A stretch of DNA of 64,000 nt from Escherichia coli (GCF_003334815.1 NZ_QOWO01000006.1), one strand, 5' to 3'. Positions 35,647-49,259 are shown, numbered from the stretch's first letter. The notes: generated from the letters alone by a model not told the origin. A program made the numbers and translations.

Positions 35647-36951
35647 TTACTTCTGCTTTAACGCCGCATACACCTGATCAACTACCCAACCATAAGTTGC
35701 AATCGGCAACTGACCGCTTTCGAACATATTGGGATTCTTTTGCGGATCGGCAACCGGCGAATGTGGCTTGTTGCTTAACATCACAATCGTCATATGATTC
35801 ACCGGATCGATAACGGTCACCGTTCCGGTCCAGCCAGTGTGACCGTAGGTTTGCGGGCTTGCCAGCGTGCCAAACGTCGGCGTCATGGTGGCATTACCAT
35901 TCACGCGCCAGCCGAGGCCAAAAGTGGCATCTTCCTTAGAGCTGGTGGTGAACATCTTCACCGTTTCCGCATTGAACAGCTGCACATCACCATAGCCCCC
36001 GCCGTTCAGCATCGTTTGCATTAACACCGCAATATCGCCGGTATTGGAAAACAAACCTGCGTGCCCGGAAACGCCGCCCATCGAATAAAAGGCTTTTTCA
36101 TCGTGCACCTGACCCCAGAGAGTGGAGGTGCGGATATTCGGGAAATGGATCACGCCATCGCGGGTATTGCCGTTCAATTCCGTGGCGGCAATTTGTTGCG
36201 GTTTAAAGCCTTTCAGCAGCGGGTTAAATACCGTATGTGTCAGGCCGAGCGGGCGATAAATCGACTCTTCAACATAGCGGTCAAGCGGCTGACCGGTAAC
36301 CGACTCGACGATAAATCCAAGCAGCATATAATCGACATCGCTGTAGATATGTTTGCTGCCGGGCTGATATTCCAGCGGCGTGCGCTTGATCATCTCCAGC
36401 GTCTGGCCTTTATCCTGGGAATATAACGCGCCCGCGACCGCTTTATTCGGGTATTGCGGATCTGCCGGGAAACCGCCGCTGTGATGCAGCAGGTCAGAAA
36501 TCCGCAGGGTGTTTTTGCCTTTAATGGTGTCATTTGGACTATCGGCAAACCCCGGAATATATTTCGCAATCCGATCGTCAGGATGCAGTTTGCCTTCGCT
36601 CATCAGCTTTTGCAGGGCGAAGTTCGTGGCGTACATTTTGGTGTTTGAGGCCAGGTCATACAGCGTCCCGGTGGTGGCTTTGACAGGCTGTTCCATCAAC
36701 ACGCTGCCATCGTACTTTTTCGCCGCTCCCCAGGCTTTGCGATACACAATCTGATTATCTTTAATGATCAGCAGGTTTACGCTGGGATAACCGACATCAA
36801 CTTGCTGGCTAATCCAGCGATCCATCTGGTTAAGCCGTTCGACGTTAAACCCTGCTTTCTCTGGCGAGCTTTCTGTCAGAACAGGGTATTTTGCGGCGCT
36901 GACGCTACAACTAACAGCCAGCAGAGAAAGATAGAGCATTGTCCGTTTCAT
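35647..36951 (-). CDS. yfeW: Penicillin-binding protein 4B (class C beta-lactamase-fold, 434 aa)
   Basis: Track ORF trimmed to MKRTMLYLSLLAVSCSVSA (signal peptide); SxxK active-site motif (ASNTK) present. Confidence 0.9.
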   Translation of the reverse strand: MKRTMLYLSLLAVSCSVSAAKYPVLTESSPEKAGFNVERLNQMDRWISQQVDVGYPSVNLLIIKDNQIVYRKAWGAAKKYDGSVLMEQPVKATTGTLYDLASNTKMYATNFALQKLMSEGKLHPDDRIAKYIPGFADSPNDTIKGKNTLRISDLLHHSGGFPADPQYPNKAVAGALYSQDKGQTLEMIKRTPLEYQPGSKHIYSDVDYMLLGFIVESVTGQPLDRYVEESIYRPLGLTHTVFNPLLKGFKPQQIAATELNGNTRDGVIHFPNIRTSTLWGQVHDEKAFYSMGGVSGHAGLFSNTGDIAVLMQTMLNGGGYGDVQLFNAETVKMFTTSSKEDATFGLGWRVNGNATMTPTFGTLASPQTYGHTGWTGTVTVIDPVNHMTIVMLSNKPHSPVADPQKNPNMFESGQLPIATYGWVVDQVYAALKQK

Positions 36952-36955
36952 GATA

Positions 36956-38380
<1,425 letters not shown>

Positions 38381-38383
38381 GGG

Positions 38384-39280
38384 TTATTCCTTGTCTAAAA
38401 CCTGACGAATAAAGCCGCCGTGTTGATCCAGGCGTTTTTTAGCTTCTGCGGCATCGAGATTTTTCAGCACCATCACAATGGCCGTTTTACAGTTGCGCTC
38501 GCAAGCAATTAACGCCGCTTCCGCTTGCTCTGCGCTACATCCGGTGGCGTTTTTAACAATATTGACCTGTCGCACATGCAGTTTTTCGTTGGTGGCGACC
38601 ACATCGACCATCAGGTTGCCGAACACTTTGCCGGATTTAATCATCAGCCCGGTGGAAAGCATATTGAGCACCAGTTTCTGCGCTGTACCTGCTTTCATCC
38701 GCGAAGAACCGGTAACAACTTCGGCACCTACAATCGGTGTAATGGCAAACTCAGCGGTGGTTGAAACGGCGCTCCCCGGATTACAGGAAATTCCCACTGT
38801 GCGGCAGCCGAGCTGGCGTGCGTATTCCAGTCCGGCAATCACATACGGCGTGCGACCGCTGGCAGCAATGCCAACCACCACATCCTGTGCCGTTAAATTA
38901 ATATTTTTCAGATCATTAACACCGCCTTCCCGGCTATCTTCCGCGCCTTCCACCGCGTGCTGAATGGCATATTCGCCGCCAGCAATCAAACCAACCACCA
39001 GACCCGGTTTCACGCCGTAGGTGGGCGGACATTCGCTGGCATCCAGAATCCCCAGACGACCGGATGTTCCCGCACCGAGGTAAATCAGACGCCCGCCGCC
39101 GCTTACCTGGGCGTGGATAACATCGATCGCCGCGGCGATATCCGGCAGTACGCGCTCAACGGCAAGCGGTACGGTTTTATCTTCATCGTTGATAATCCGG
39201 CACATTTCCAGCGTCGATACGCGGTCAATTTCAGCCGAGGCGGTGTTCGAGCCTTCAGTAATCATCTTTTCAAATTGCAT
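38384..39280 (-). CDS. murQ: N-acetylmuramic acid 6-phosphate etherase
   Basis: SIS-domain etherase sequence. Confidence 0.95.
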
Positions 39281-39443
39281 CGGTGGTGACCTTACTATTT
39301 ACGATCAAATAATTGCAGATGTATGGAATCATATATCCCGAATTGACAGGCTTAAAGGAATCATTGAGTCTACACTCGCAGAGTGTGAAGAGCGTCATAA
39401 GAACTTAAGCGGAATTTATGCTGCCAGCCCAGGAGAGTGGAAG

Positions 39444-40301
39444 ATGTTGTACCTGACGAAAATAAGCAATGCGGGGAGTGAATTCACCGAAAACGAGCAA
39501 AAAATCGCTGACTTTCTGCAGGCCAACGTGAGTGAGCTGCAATCCGTTTCTTCACGGCAGATGGCGAAACAGCTCGGCATTAGCCAGTCGAGCATAGTGA
39601 AATTTGCCCAAAAACTCGGCGCGCAAGGATTTACTGAATTGCGTATGGCGTTAATAGGCGAATACAGTGCCAGCCGGGAGAAAACGAATGCCACGGCACT
39701 GCACCTGCACAGTTCGATTACCAGTGATGATTCGCTGGAAGTGATCGCGCGCAAACTGAATCGCGAAAAAGAGCTGGCGCTGGAGCAAACCTGCGCGTTG
39801 CTCGATTACGCGCGGCTGCAAAAAATCATTGAGGTCATCAGTAAAGCACCGTTTATCCAGATAACGGGCCTGGGCGGATCGGCGCTGGTGGGGCGCGATC
39901 TGTCGTTCAAACTGATGAAAATTGGCTATCGCGTGGCCTGCGAAGCCGACACGCACGTACAAGCCACCGTTTCCCAGGCGTTGAAAAAAGGCGATGTACA
40001 AATCGCTATCTCTTACAGCGGCAGTAAAAAAGAGATTGTCTTGTGCGCAGAAGCGGCACGAAAGCAGGGGGCAACGGTGATTGCCATTACTTCTCTGACT
40101 GACTCTCCGCTGCGGCGGCTGGCGCATTTCACCCTCGATACCGTTTCCGGAGAAACCGAATGGCGTAGCTCGTCGATGTCTACCCGCACGGCGCAAAATT
40201 CTGTTACCGATTTACTGTTTGTTGGCCTTGTGCAACTCAATGATGTGGAGTCATTGAAAATGATTCAGCGCAGCAGTGAGCTAACACAACGCCTGAAATG
40301 A
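39444..40301 (+). CDS. murR: RpiR/MurR-family repressor of murQP (285 aa)
   Basis: Track ORF trimmed to the ATG at 39444 ([11 protein letters not shown]); HTH_6 plus SIS domains; divergent from murQ. Confidence 0.92.
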   Translation: MLYLTKISNAGSEFTENEQKIADFLQANVSELQSVSSRQMAKQLGISQSSIVKFAQKLGAQGFTELRMALIGEYSASREKTNATALHLHSSITSDDSLEVIARKLNREKELALEQTCALLDYARLQKIIEVISKAPFIQITGLGGSALVGRDLSFKLMKIGYRVACEADTHVQATVSQALKKGDVQIAISYSGSKKEIVLCAEAARKQGATVIAITSLTDSPLRRLAHFTLDTVSGETEWRSSSMSTRTAQNSVTDLLFVGLVQLNDVESLKMIQRSSELTQRLK

Positions 40302-40429
40302 TGCATAAAGCAGCGACTGGATTGAGATTTTCCTGAATTAGTGAGCTGATCCGCAGCAATATTTTGTTTATCCTGTATTTTCAGAGGGAATGGAGTGTAA
40401 CGCTCTGTATTAACAAGGAGAGCATTAAA

Positions 40430-41221
40430 ATGGGTAAACTCACGGGCAAGACAGCACTGATTACGGGCGCATTGCAGGGAATTGGCGAAGGAATTGCCAG
40501 AACTTTTGCACGTCATGGCGCGAACCTAATCTTGCTGGATATCTCCCCTGAGATCGAAAAGCTGGCGGACGAACTGTGTGGTCGTGGTCATCGCTGTACG
40601 GCGGTTGTCGCCGATGTGCGTGACCCGGCGTCGGTAGCCGCAGCTATCAAACGCGCGAAGGAAAAAGAAGGGCGCATTGATATCCTGGTGAATAACGCAG
40701 GCGTTTGTCGTCTGGGCAGTTTCCTCGATATGAGCGATGACGATCGCGATTTCCATATTGACATCAATATTAAAGGCGTATGGAACGTCACGAAGGCGGT
40801 GCTGCCGGAGATGATTGCCCGCAAAGATGGTCGCATTGTGATGATGTCTTCAGTCACTGGTGATATGGTGGCCGATCCTGGCGAAACGGCGTACGCCTTA
40901 ACGAAAGCGGCGATTGTTGGCCTGACAAAATCGCTGGCGGTGGAGTACGCGCAGTCTGGTATTCGCGTTAACGCCATTTGCCCGGGATACGTGCGCACAC
41001 CAATGGCGGAAAGCATTGCCCGCCAGTCGAACCCGGAAGATCCAGAGTCGGTGCTGACTGAAATGGCGAAAGCAATCCCGATGCGTCGCCTCGCCGATCC
41101 GCTGGAAGTCGGCGAACTGGCGGCCTTCCTCGCATCGGATGAATCCAGCTATTTAACCGGTACACAGAATGTGATTGATGGCGGCAGCACACTGCCGGAG
41201 ACGGTTAGCGTCGGTATCTGA
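40430..41221 (+). CDS. ucpA: Short-chain dehydrogenase/reductase UcpA (263 aa)
   Basis: Track ORF trimmed to MGKLTGKTALITGALQGIGEG (Rossmann TGxxxGIG). Confidence 0.92.
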   Translation: MGKLTGKTALITGALQGIGEGIARTFARHGANLILLDISPEIEKLADELCGRGHRCTAVVADVRDPASVAAAIKRAKEKEGRIDILVNNAGVCRLGSFLDMSDDDRDFHIDINIKGVWNVTKAVLPEMIARKDGRIVMMSSVTGDMVADPGETAYALTKAAIVGLTKSLAVEYAQSGIRVNAICPGYVRTPMAESIARQSNPEDPESVLTEMAKAIPMRRLADPLEVGELAAFLASDESSYLTGTQNVIDGGSTLPETVSVGI

Positions 41222-41524
41222 TTCACCTCTGTTTCCTCCCTGCATTTGTGGGGAGGATTTCGTCTTGAACTAAGTTCACCAGGCTATTTTATTTGTCATT
41301 TTGGCCCCGGGCAGTGCTCGAAATCCTCACGTACTATGTGTACGCTCCGGTTTCTCCGCGCTGTTCGTGTCCAAACTGACTGCAACAATTACGCCTGTTG
41401 AACCAAGTTCTTATTCCCTTTTCAACTTCCAAATCACCAAACGGTATATAAAACCGTTACTCCTTTCACGTCCGTTATAAATATGATGGCTATTAGAAAG
41501 TCATTAAATTTATAAGGGTGCGCA

Positions 41525-42541
41525 ATGGCCGTTAACTTACTGAAAAAGAACTCACTCGCGCTGGTCGCTTCTCTGCTGCTGGCGGGCCATGTACAGGCAA
41601 CGGAACTGCTGAACAGTTCTTATGACGTCTCCCGCGAGCTGTTTGCCGCCCTGAATCCGCCGTTTGAGCAACAATGGGCAAAAGATAACGGCGGCGACAA
41701 ACTGACGATAAAACAATCTCATGCCGGGTCATCAAAACAGGCGCTGGCGATTTTACAGGGCTTAAAAGCCGACGTTGTCACTTATAACCAGGTGACCGAC
41801 GTACAAATCCTGCACGATAAAGGCAAGCTGATCCCGGCCGACTGGCAGTCGCGCCTGCCGAATAATAGCTCGCCGTTCTACTCCACCATGGGCTTCCTGG
41901 TGCGTAAGGGTAACCCGAAGAATATCCACGATTGGAACGACCTGGTGCGCTCCGACGTGAAGCTGATTTTCCCGAACCCGAAAACGTCGGGTAACGCGCG
42001 TTATACCTATCTGGCGGCATGGGGCGCAGCGGATAAAGCTGACGGTGGTGACAAAGGCAAAACCGAACAGTTTATGACCCAGTTCCTGAAAAACGTTGAA
42101 GTGTTCGATACTGGCGGTCGTGGCGCGACCACCACTTTTGCCGAGCGCGGCCTGGGCGATGTGCTGATTAGCTTCGAATCGGAAGTGAACAACATCCGTA
42201 AACAGTATGAAGCGCAGGGCTTTGAAGTGGTGATTCCGAAAACCAACATTCTGGCGGAATTCCCGGTGGCGTGGGTTGATAAAAACGTGCAGGCCAACGG
42301 TACGGAAAAAGCCGCCAAAGCCTATCTGAACTGGCTCTATAGCCCGCAGGCGCAAACCATCATCACCGACTATTACTACCGCGTGAATAACCCGGAGGTG
42401 ATGGACAAACTGAAAGACAAATTCCCGCAGACCGAGCTGTTCCGCGTGGAAGACAAATTTGGCTCCTGGCCGGAAGTGATGAAAACCCACTTCACCAGCG
42501 GCGGCGAGTTAGACAAGCTGTTAGCGGCGGGGCGTAACTGA
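41525..42541 (+). CDS. cysP: Thiosulfate/sulfate periplasmic binding protein
   Basis: Signal peptide; full-length match. Confidence 0.95.
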
Positions 42542-43374
42542 TGTTTGCTGTCTCCTCCAGACGCGTGCTGCCGGGCTTTACCTTAAGCCTCGGCACCAGT
42601 CTGCTGTTTGTGTGCCTGATTTTGCTGCTGCCGCTCTCCGCGCTGGTGATGCAACTGGCCCAGATGAGCTGGGCGCAGTACTGGGAGGTGATCACCAACC
42701 CGCAGGTGGTCGCGGCCTACAAAGTAACGCTGCTGTCGGCGTTTGTGGCATCGATTTTTAACGGCGTTTTCGGTCTGCTGATGGCGTGGATCCTAACCCG
42801 CTATCGCTTCCCAGGCCGCACGCTGCTTGATGCGCTGATGGATTTACCCTTTGCGCTGCCAACGGCTGTCGCCGGTTTAACGCTGGCCTCGCTCTTTTCC
42901 GTAAACGGTTTTTACGGTGAATGGCTGGCGAAGTTTGATATCAAAGTCACCTATACATGGCTGGGGATTGCGGTGGCTATGGCCTTTACCAGCATTCCGT
43001 TTGTGGTGCGTACCGTGCAGCCGGTGCTGGAAGAGTTAGGCCCGGAATATGAAGAAGCGGCGGAAACGCTTGGTGCAACGCGCTGGCAGAGTTTCTGCAA
43101 AGTGGTGCTGCCGGAGCTTTCTCCGGCGCTGGTGGCGGGCGTGGCGCTGTCGTTTACCCGTAGTCTTGGTGAATTTGGCGCGGTGATTTTTATCGCCGGA
43201 AATATCGCGTGGAAGACGGAAGTGACGTCGCTGATGATTTTTGTGCGCTTACAGGAGTTTGATTACCCGGCAGCGAGCGCGATTGCTTCGGTGATCCTCG
43301 CGGCATCTCTGCTGCTGCTGTTCTCAATTAACACTCTGCAAAGTCGCTTTGGTCGGCGTGTGGTAGGTCATTAA
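42541..43374 (+). CDS. cysU: Sulfate/thiosulfate ABC transporter permease CysU (CysT)
   Basis: Sequence and operon position. Confidence 0.95.
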   Translation: MFAVSSRRVLPGFTLSLGTSLLFVCLILLLPLSALVMQLAQMSWAQYWEVITNPQVVAAYKVTLLSAFVASIFNGVFGLLMAWILTRYRFPGRTLLDALMDLPFALPTAVAGLTLASLFSVNGFYGEWLAKFDIKVTYTWLGIAVAMAFTSIPFVVRTVQPVLEELGPEYEEAAETLGATRWQSFCKVVLPELSPALVAGVALSFTRSLGEFGAVIFIAGNIAWKTEVTSLMIFVRLQEFDYPAASAIASVILAASLLLLFSINTLQSRFGRRVVGH

Positions 43375-44249
43375 TGGCGGAAGTTACCCAATTGAAGCGT
43401 TATGACGCGCGCCCGATTAACTGGGGCAAATGGTTTCTGATTGGCATCGGGATGCTGGTTTCGGCGTTCATCCTGCTGGTGCCGATGATTTACATCTTCG
43501 TGCAGGCATTCAGCAAGGGGCTGATGCCGGTTTTACAGAATCTGGCCGATCCGGACATGCTGCACGCCATCTGGCTGACGGTGATGATCGCGCTGATTGC
43601 CGTACCGGTAAACCTGGTGTTCGGCATTCTGCTGGCCTGGCTGGTGACGCGCTTTAACTTCCCTGGACGCCAGTTACTGCTGACGCTACTGGACATTCCG
43701 TTTGCCGTATCGCCGGTGGTTGCCGGTCTGGTGTATTTGCTGTTCTACGGCTCTAACGGCCCGCTCGGCGGTTGGCTCGACGAGCATAACCTGCAAATTA
43801 TGTTCTCCTGGCCGGGAATGGTGCTGGTCACCATCTTCGTGACGTGTCCGTTTGTGGTGCGCGAACTGGTGCCGGTGATGTTAAGCCAAGGCAGCCAGGA
43901 AGACGAAGCGGCGATTTTGCTTGGCGCGTCCGGCTGGCAGATGTTCCGTCGCGTCACATTACCGAACATCCGCTGGGCGCTGCTTTATGGCGTGGTGTTG
44001 ACCAACGCCCGCGCAATTGGCGAGTTTGGCGCGGTGTCGGTGGTTTCCGGCTCGATTCGCGGCGAAACCCTGTCGCTGCCGTTACAGATTGAATTGCTGG
44101 AGCAGGACTACAACACCGTCGGCTCCTTTACCGCTGCGGCGCTGTTAACGCTGATGGCGATTATCACCCTGTTTTTAAAAAGTATGTTGCAGTGGCGCCT
44201 GGAGAATCAGGAAAAACGCGCACAGCAGGAGGAACATCATGAGCATTGA
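43374..44249 (+). CDS. cysW: Sulfate/thiosulfate ABC transporter permease CysW
   Basis: Sequence and operon position. Confidence 0.95.
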   Translation: MAEVTQLKRYDARPINWGKWFLIGIGMLVSAFILLVPMIYIFVQAFSKGLMPVLQNLADPDMLHAIWLTVMIALIAVPVNLVFGILLAWLVTRFNFPGRQLLLTLLDIPFAVSPVVAGLVYLLFYGSNGPLGGWLDEHNLQIMFSWPGMVLVTIFVTCPFVVRELVPVMLSQGSQEDEAAILLGASGWQMFRRVTLPNIRWALLYGVVLTNARAIGEFGAVSVVSGSIRGETLSLPLQIELLEQDYNTVGSFTAAALLTLMAIITLFLKSMLQWRLENQEKRAQQEEHHEH

Positions 44250-45336
44250 GATTGCCAATATTAAGAAGTCGTTTGGTCGCACCCAGGTGCTGAACGATAT
44301 CTCACTGGATATTCCTTCAGGTCAGATGGTCGCGTTGCTGGGGCCGTCCGGTTCCGGGAAAACCACGCTGCTGCGCATTATCGCCGGGCTGGAGCATCAA
44401 ACCAGCGGGCATATTCGCTTCCACGGCACCGACGTGAGCCGCCTGCACGCACGTGATCGTAAAGTCGGTTTCGTGTTCCAGCATTACGCGCTGTTCCGCC
44501 ATATGACGGTGTTCGACAATATCGCTTTTGGCCTGACGGTGCTGCCGCGTCGCGAGCGCCCGAATGCCGCAGCCATCAAAGCGAAAGTGACAAAATTGCT
44601 GGAAATGGTCCAGCTTGCCCATCTGGCGGATCGTTATCCGGCGCAGCTTTCCGGCGGCCAGAAACAGCGCGTGGCGCTGGCGCGCGCGCTGGCTGTGGAA
44701 CCGCAAATTCTGCTGCTTGATGAACCGTTTGGCGCGCTGGATGCGCAGGTGCGTAAAGAGCTGCGTCGCTGGCTGCGTCAACTCCATGAAGAACTAAAAT
44801 TCACCAGCGTTTTTGTGACCCACGATCAGGAAGAAGCGACCGAAGTAGCTGATCGTGTAGTTGTGATGAGCCAGGGCAATATTGAACAGGCTGACGCGCC
44901 GGATCAGGTATGGCGCGAACCGGCGACCCGTTTTGTGCTCGAATTTATGGGCGAAGTGAACCGCCTGCAGGGAACCATTCGCGGCGGGCAGTTCCATGTT
45001 GGCGCGCATCGCTGGCCGCTGGGCTACACACCTGCGTATCAGGGGCCGGTGGATCTCTTCCTGCGCCCTTGGGAAGTGGATATCAGCCGCCGTACCAGCC
45101 TCGATTCGCCGCTGCCGGTACAGGTACTGGAAGCCAGCCCGAAAGGTCACTACACCCAATTAGTGGTGCAGCCGCTGGGGTGGTACAACGAACCGCTGAC
45201 GGTCGTGATGCATGGCGACGATGCCCCGCAGCGTGGCGAGCGTTTATTCGTTGGTCTGCAACATGCGCGGCTGTATAACGGCGACGAGCGTATCGAAACC
45301 CGCGATGAGGAACTTGCTCTCGCACAAAGCGCCTGA
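44239..45336 (+). CDS. cysA: Sulfate/thiosulfate ABC transporter ATPase
   Basis: Walker [10 protein letters not shown]; signature LSGGQKQRV. Confidence 0.96.
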   Translation: MSIEIANIKKSFGRTQVLNDISLDIPSGQMVALLGPSGSGKTTLLRIIAGLEHQTSGHIRFHGTDVSRLHARDRKVGFVFQHYALFRHMTVFDNIAFGLTVLPRRERPNAAAIKAKVTKLLEMVQLAHLADRYPAQLSGGQKQRVALARALAVEPQILLLDEPFGALDAQVRKELRRWLRQLHEELKFTSVFVTHDQEEATEVADRVVVMSQGNIEQADAPDQVWREPATRFVLEFMGEVNRLQGTIRGGQFHVGAHRWPLGYTPAYQGPVDLFLRPWEVDISRRTSLDSPLPVQVLEASPKGHYTQLVVQPLGWYNEPLTVVMHGDDAPQRGERLFVGLQHARLYNGDERIETRDEELALAQSA

Positions 45337-45356
45337 TAGGTTGAGTGAATGTTAAA

Positions 45357-45390
45357 CGCCCGGAGGCGCTTCCCGCGATCCGGGCTTTTT
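45357..45390 (+). terminator. Rho-independent terminator after cysA
   Basis: Hairpin CCCGG-aggcgcttcccgcgat-CCGGG followed by TTTTT. Confidence 0.6.
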
Positions 45391-45410
45391 AATGGCAAGG
45401 TTTGTAACCT

Positions 45411-45446
45411 GTAGACCTGATAAGACGCGCAAGCGTCGCATCAGGC
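45411..45446. repeat. Single REP element between cysA and cysM
   Basis: GTAGACCTGATAAGACGCGCAAGCGTCGCATCAGGC. Confidence 0.75.
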
Positions 45447-45469
45447 AACACCACGTATGGATAGAGATC

Positions 45470-46381
45470 GTGAGTACATTAGAACAAACAATAGGCAATA
45501 CGCCTCTGGTGAAGTTGCAGCGAATGGGGCCGGATAACGGCAGTGAAGTGTGGTTAAAACTGGAAGGCAATAACCCGGCAGGTTCGGTGAAAGATCGTGC
45601 GGCACTTTCGATGATCGTCGAGGCGGAAAAGCGCGGGGAAATTAAACCGGGTGATGTCTTAATCGAAGCCACCAGTGGTAACACCGGCATTGCGCTGGCA
45701 ATGATTGCCGCGCTGAAAGGCTATCGCATGAAATTGCTGATGCCCGACAACATGAGCCAGGAACGCCGTGCGGCGATGCGTGCTTATGGTGCGGAACTGA
45801 TTCTTGTCACCAAAGAGCAGGGCATGGAAGGTGCGCGCGATCTGGCGCTGGAGATGGCGAATCGTGGCGAAGGAAAGCTGCTCGATCAGTTCAATAATCC
45901 CGATAACCCTTATGCGCATTACACCACCACTGGGCCGGAAATCTGGCAGCAAACCGGCGGGCGCATCACTCATTTTGTCTCCAGCATGGGGACGACCGGC
46001 ACTATCACCGGCGTCTCACGCTTTATGCGCGAACAATCCAAACCGGTGACCATTGTCGGCCTGCAACCGGAAGAGGGCAGCAGCATTCCCGGCATTCGCC
46101 GCTGGCCTACGGAATATCTGCCGGGGATTTTCAACGCTTCTATGGTGGATGAGGTGCTGGATATTCATCAGCGCGATGCGGAAAACACCATGCGCGAACT
46201 GGCGGTGCGGGAAGGAATATTCTGTGGCGTCAGCTCCGGCGGCGCGGTTGCCGGAGCACTGCGGGTGGCAAAAGCTAACCCTGACGCGGTGGTGGTGGCG
46301 ATCATCTGCGATCGTGGCGATCGCTACCTTTCTACCGGGGTGTTTGGGGAAGAGCATTTTAGCCAGGGGGCGGGGATTTAA
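45470..46381 (+). CDS. cysM: Cysteine synthase B (O-acetylserine sulfhydrylase B, 303 aa, GTG start)
   Basis: Track ORF trimmed to the GTG at 45470 giving (M)STLEQTIGNTPLVKLQRMG; PLP-lysine motif SVKDRAA. Confidence 0.93.
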   Translation: MSTLEQTIGNTPLVKLQRMGPDNGSEVWLKLEGNNPAGSVKDRAALSMIVEAEKRGEIKPGDVLIEATSGNTGIALAMIAALKGYRMKLLMPDNMSQERRAAMRAYGAELILVTKEQGMEGARDLALEMANRGEGKLLDQFNNPDNPYAHYTTTGPEIWQQTGGRITHFVSSMGTTGTITGVSRFMREQSKPVTIVGLQPEEGSSIPGIRRWPTEYLPGIFNASMVDEVLDIHQRDAENTMRELAVREGIFCGVSSGGAVAGALRVAKANPDAVVVAIICDRGDRYLSTGVFGEEHFSQGAGI

Positions 46382-46398
46382 GGATTAATAGCATCGGA

Positions 46399-46520
<122 letters not shown>

Positions 46521-46569
46521 AAACAAAGCGCACTTTTTTAACAGTTGTTGCTGCCGACAAATGCAGTAT

Positions 46570-47304
46570 TTAATTTTCGTGAGGAAACGCCGTAAGGTCA
46601 TCAATCATTTTTTGAAGTATTGGTGAGTCCTGACCGTCACCCCATTGAAGAATTTTTGCGGTAAGCTGATGACGCGCTAGTGCATTGAGTCCCATCTTTT
46701 TAAGTTTATGGGAGATTTTACCCATGACTTTAATCTGACCGAATGCAGTTGCGTAGGTAATCATATTGCTCTGGATAGTGCTCATTTCATCGACTAGTAA
46801 TTGCGCACGAACATCCTCTTCAAGAATACTGTCCATAGCGATGTATTTCATACCCCACATAGTTTCAATTAACATTTGAGGGAAATCAGCACAGTCCAGA
46901 TCCGGCTCTTTACGGAGGCTATTTTCAAGAACGTTTAGAGCATCAGCACCTTCATCGCTGCCAAAAGGAGATTCTTCATCCCAGCAACACATATAAAGTG
47001 GATCAGTAAAATGGCACTGGAAGTTTGGGTGTGACGTTTTAACATGTAACCCAATTTCTTCATCATCAAAATAGTAGCGATCCATGAAGTTAAACTTTGG
47101 ATCTTCTTGATAGCCTTTCTTCATTTTTGCGGCAATCAATTTACTGGCTTCTTTCAGACACTGTTCTTCATTATCGAACTCTTTTGTCTGGAATTTACCA
47201 ATACTACCTACCTTGCCATAGTTGACAGCTAAACTATCCCCTTCGTAATCTATCCACCAAAATTTATTCGATTTTTCATCGTGATAAATAAAGCGTTTTT
47301 TCAT
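46570..47304 (-). CDS. yfeS: Uncharacterised protein YfeS (WGR-like N-terminal domain, 244 aa)
   Basis: Track ORF; N-terminus KFWWIDYEGDSLAVNYGKVGSIGKFQ resembles a WGR fold; clearly AT-rich coding sequence. Confidence 0.85.
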   Translation of the reverse strand: MKKRFIYHDEKSNKFWWIDYEGDSLAVNYGKVGSIGKFQTKEFDNEEQCLKEASKLIAAKMKKGYQEDPKFNFMDRYYFDDEEIGLHVKTSHPNFQCHFTDPLYMCCWDEESPFGSDEGADALNVLENSLRKEPDLDCADFPQMLIETMWGMKYIAMDSILEEDVRAQLLVDEMSTIQSNMITYATAFGQIKVMGKISHKLKKMGLNALARHQLTAKILQWGDGQDSPILQKMIDDLTAFPHEN

Positions 47305-47336
47305 GTTACCTCCTGTAAATGCCTTCCCAAAGCGGA

Positions 47337-47711
47337 TTAATTTCCTTCCGCAGGCACCGTTTTATCCGTCTGCGCAATTAACGCATGTAAAAAAGGCTGT
47401 GCGTTCTCATCGCTCTTACCGGGGATCTTCACAATATACGGCTTCCCAGTAATCGATGACGACGAAGCAACCTTATCAATAAACTGCTCGGCAGTGTCAA
47501 TGCGGTTACGGGTATTGCCGAGCTTCAGACGCAGATGAGAAACCGCTTCATAGCAGGTATGTTCATCACCGTTGCGCACAAATATCAAATCCTTTTTCTG
47601 TGCTAATCCCTCCAGCATGGCGTTGATGCGGGCTTCTTCATGGGCAGTTAACTTCGCGTAAACGGGGAGTGTCATTAGTAGTGTAATGACCAGACAAATG
47701 ATTTTCTTCAT
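47337..47711 (-). CDS. yfeK: Uncharacterised secreted protein YfeK (signal peptide, 124 aa)
   Basis: Signal peptide [19 protein letters not shown]. Confidence 0.85.
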
Positions 47712-47736
47712 TGAATTACCTTATCCTTGTTTTGTG

Positions 47737-47779
<43 letters not shown>

Positions 47780-47815
47780 TTACGATGAGGATCATCGGCA
47801 AGGAGAAAAAATTAA

Positions 47816-48667
47816 ATGAGTAGTTTGTTGTTGTTTAACGATAAGAGTAGGGCACTGCAGGCGGATATCGTCGCCGTGCAGTCGCAGGTGGTTTACGGCA
47901 GCGTGGGCAACAGCATTGCCGTGCCTGCTATCAAACAGAACGGCCTGAATGTCTTTGCCGTGCCGACGGTATTGCTGAGCAATACGCCGCATTATGACAC
48001 TTTCTACGGTGGTGCGATTCCGGACGAATGGTTTAGCGGCTATTTGCGTGCGCTTCAGGAGCGTGATGCGCTGCGCCAACTTCGTGCTGTAACCACGGGC
48101 TATATGGGAACGGCATCGCAAATCAAAATCCTTGCCGAGTGGCTGACTGCGCTACGCAAAGACCATCCTGACCTATTGATCATGGTCGATCCGGTGATTG
48201 GCGATATTGATAGCGGAATTTATGTCAAACCTGACCTTCCCGAAGCGTATCGACAATATTTACTGCCGCTGGCGCAGGGAATTACCCCCAATATCTTTGA
48301 GTTGGAAATCCTGACCGGTAAAAATTGCCGCGATCTCGACAGTGCCATTGCTGCCGCAAAAAGTCTGCTTTCAGACACATTAAAATGGGTGGTGGTTACC
48401 AGCGCCTCCGGTAATGAAGAAAATCAGGAGATGCAGGTTGTGGTGGTCACTGCCGACAGCGTGAATGTCATTTCCCATTCACGGGTAAAAACCGACCTGA
48501 AAGGGACTGGCGACCTGTTTTGTGCTCAGCTCATCAGTGGCTTGCTGAAAGGGAAGGCGTTAACCGATGCAGTGCACCGAGCGGGGTTGCGCGTACTGGA
48601 AGTGATGCGCTACACCCAGCAGCATGAGAGCGATGAATTGATTTTGCCGCCGCTGGCGGAAGCATAA
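47816..48667 (+). CDS. pdxK: Pyridoxal/pyridoxine/pyridoxamine kinase
   Basis: Full-length match; [32 protein letters not shown]. Confidence 0.95.
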   Translation: MSSLLLFNDKSRALQADIVAVQSQVVYGSVGNSIAVPAIKQNGLNVFAVPTVLLSNTPHYDTFYGGAIPDEWFSGYLRALQERDALRQLRAVTTGYMGTASQIKILAEWLTALRKDHPDLLIMVDPVIGDIDSGIYVKPDLPEAYRQYLLPLAQGITPNIFELEILTGKNCRDLDSAIAAAKSLLSDTLKWVVVTSASGNEENQEMQVVVVTADSVNVISHSRVKTDLKGTGDLFCAQLISGLLKGKALTDAVHRAGLRVLEVMRYTQQHESDELILPPLAEA

Positions 48668-48695
48668 AAAAATGGCGCCGATGGGCGCCATTTTT
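48666..48695. terminator. Bidirectional terminator between convergent pdxK and crr
   Basis: AAAAAA-ATGGCGCC-gatg-GGCGCCAT-TTTTT. Confidence 0.7.
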
Positions 48696-48709
48696 CACTG
48701 CGGCAAGAA

Positions 48710-49219
48710 TTACTTCTTGATGCGGATAACCGGGGTTTCACCCACGGTTACGCTACCGGACAGTTTGATCAGTTCTTTGATTTCGTCCATGTTGGAGATA
48801 ACAACCGGAGTCAGGGTAGACTTGGCTTTCTCTTCCAGCAGCGGCAGATCAAATTCAATGACAGTATCGCCAACTTTCACGCGCTGACCTTCTTCAGCAA
48901 TACGCTTGAAGCCTTCGCCTTTCAGTTCAACGGTGTCGATACCGAAGTGGACGAACAGTTCAACGCCGCTATCAGATTCGATAGAGAATGCGTGGTTGGT
49001 TTCAAAGATTTTACCAATGGTGCCGTCTACTGGCGCGACCATTTTGTTACCCGTTGGTTTGATAGCAATACCATCACCAACGATTTTTTCCGCAAAAACG
49101 ACATCCGGCACGTCTTCGATATTGACGATCTCGCCAGAGAGCGGAGCAATGATCTCAATAGTTCCGGTATCCTTCTTGTCGTCGGAAACCAGAGATTTCA
49201 GTTTATCGAACAAACCCAT
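48710..49219 (-). CDS. crr: PTS glucose-specific EIIA component (EIIA-Glc)
   Basis: Full-length match, 169 aa. Confidence 0.97.
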
Positions 49220-49259
49220 GATCTTCTCCTAAGCAGTAAATTGGGCCGCATCTCGTGGA

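Noticed and set aside
35475-35813. ORFs translating through REP/BIME repeats (35475-35813 +, 46378-46560 -), giving peptides such as AGCGVNALSGL
   Set aside because: They are the palindromic REP sequence read as protein; the same peptide appears wherever a REP occurs.
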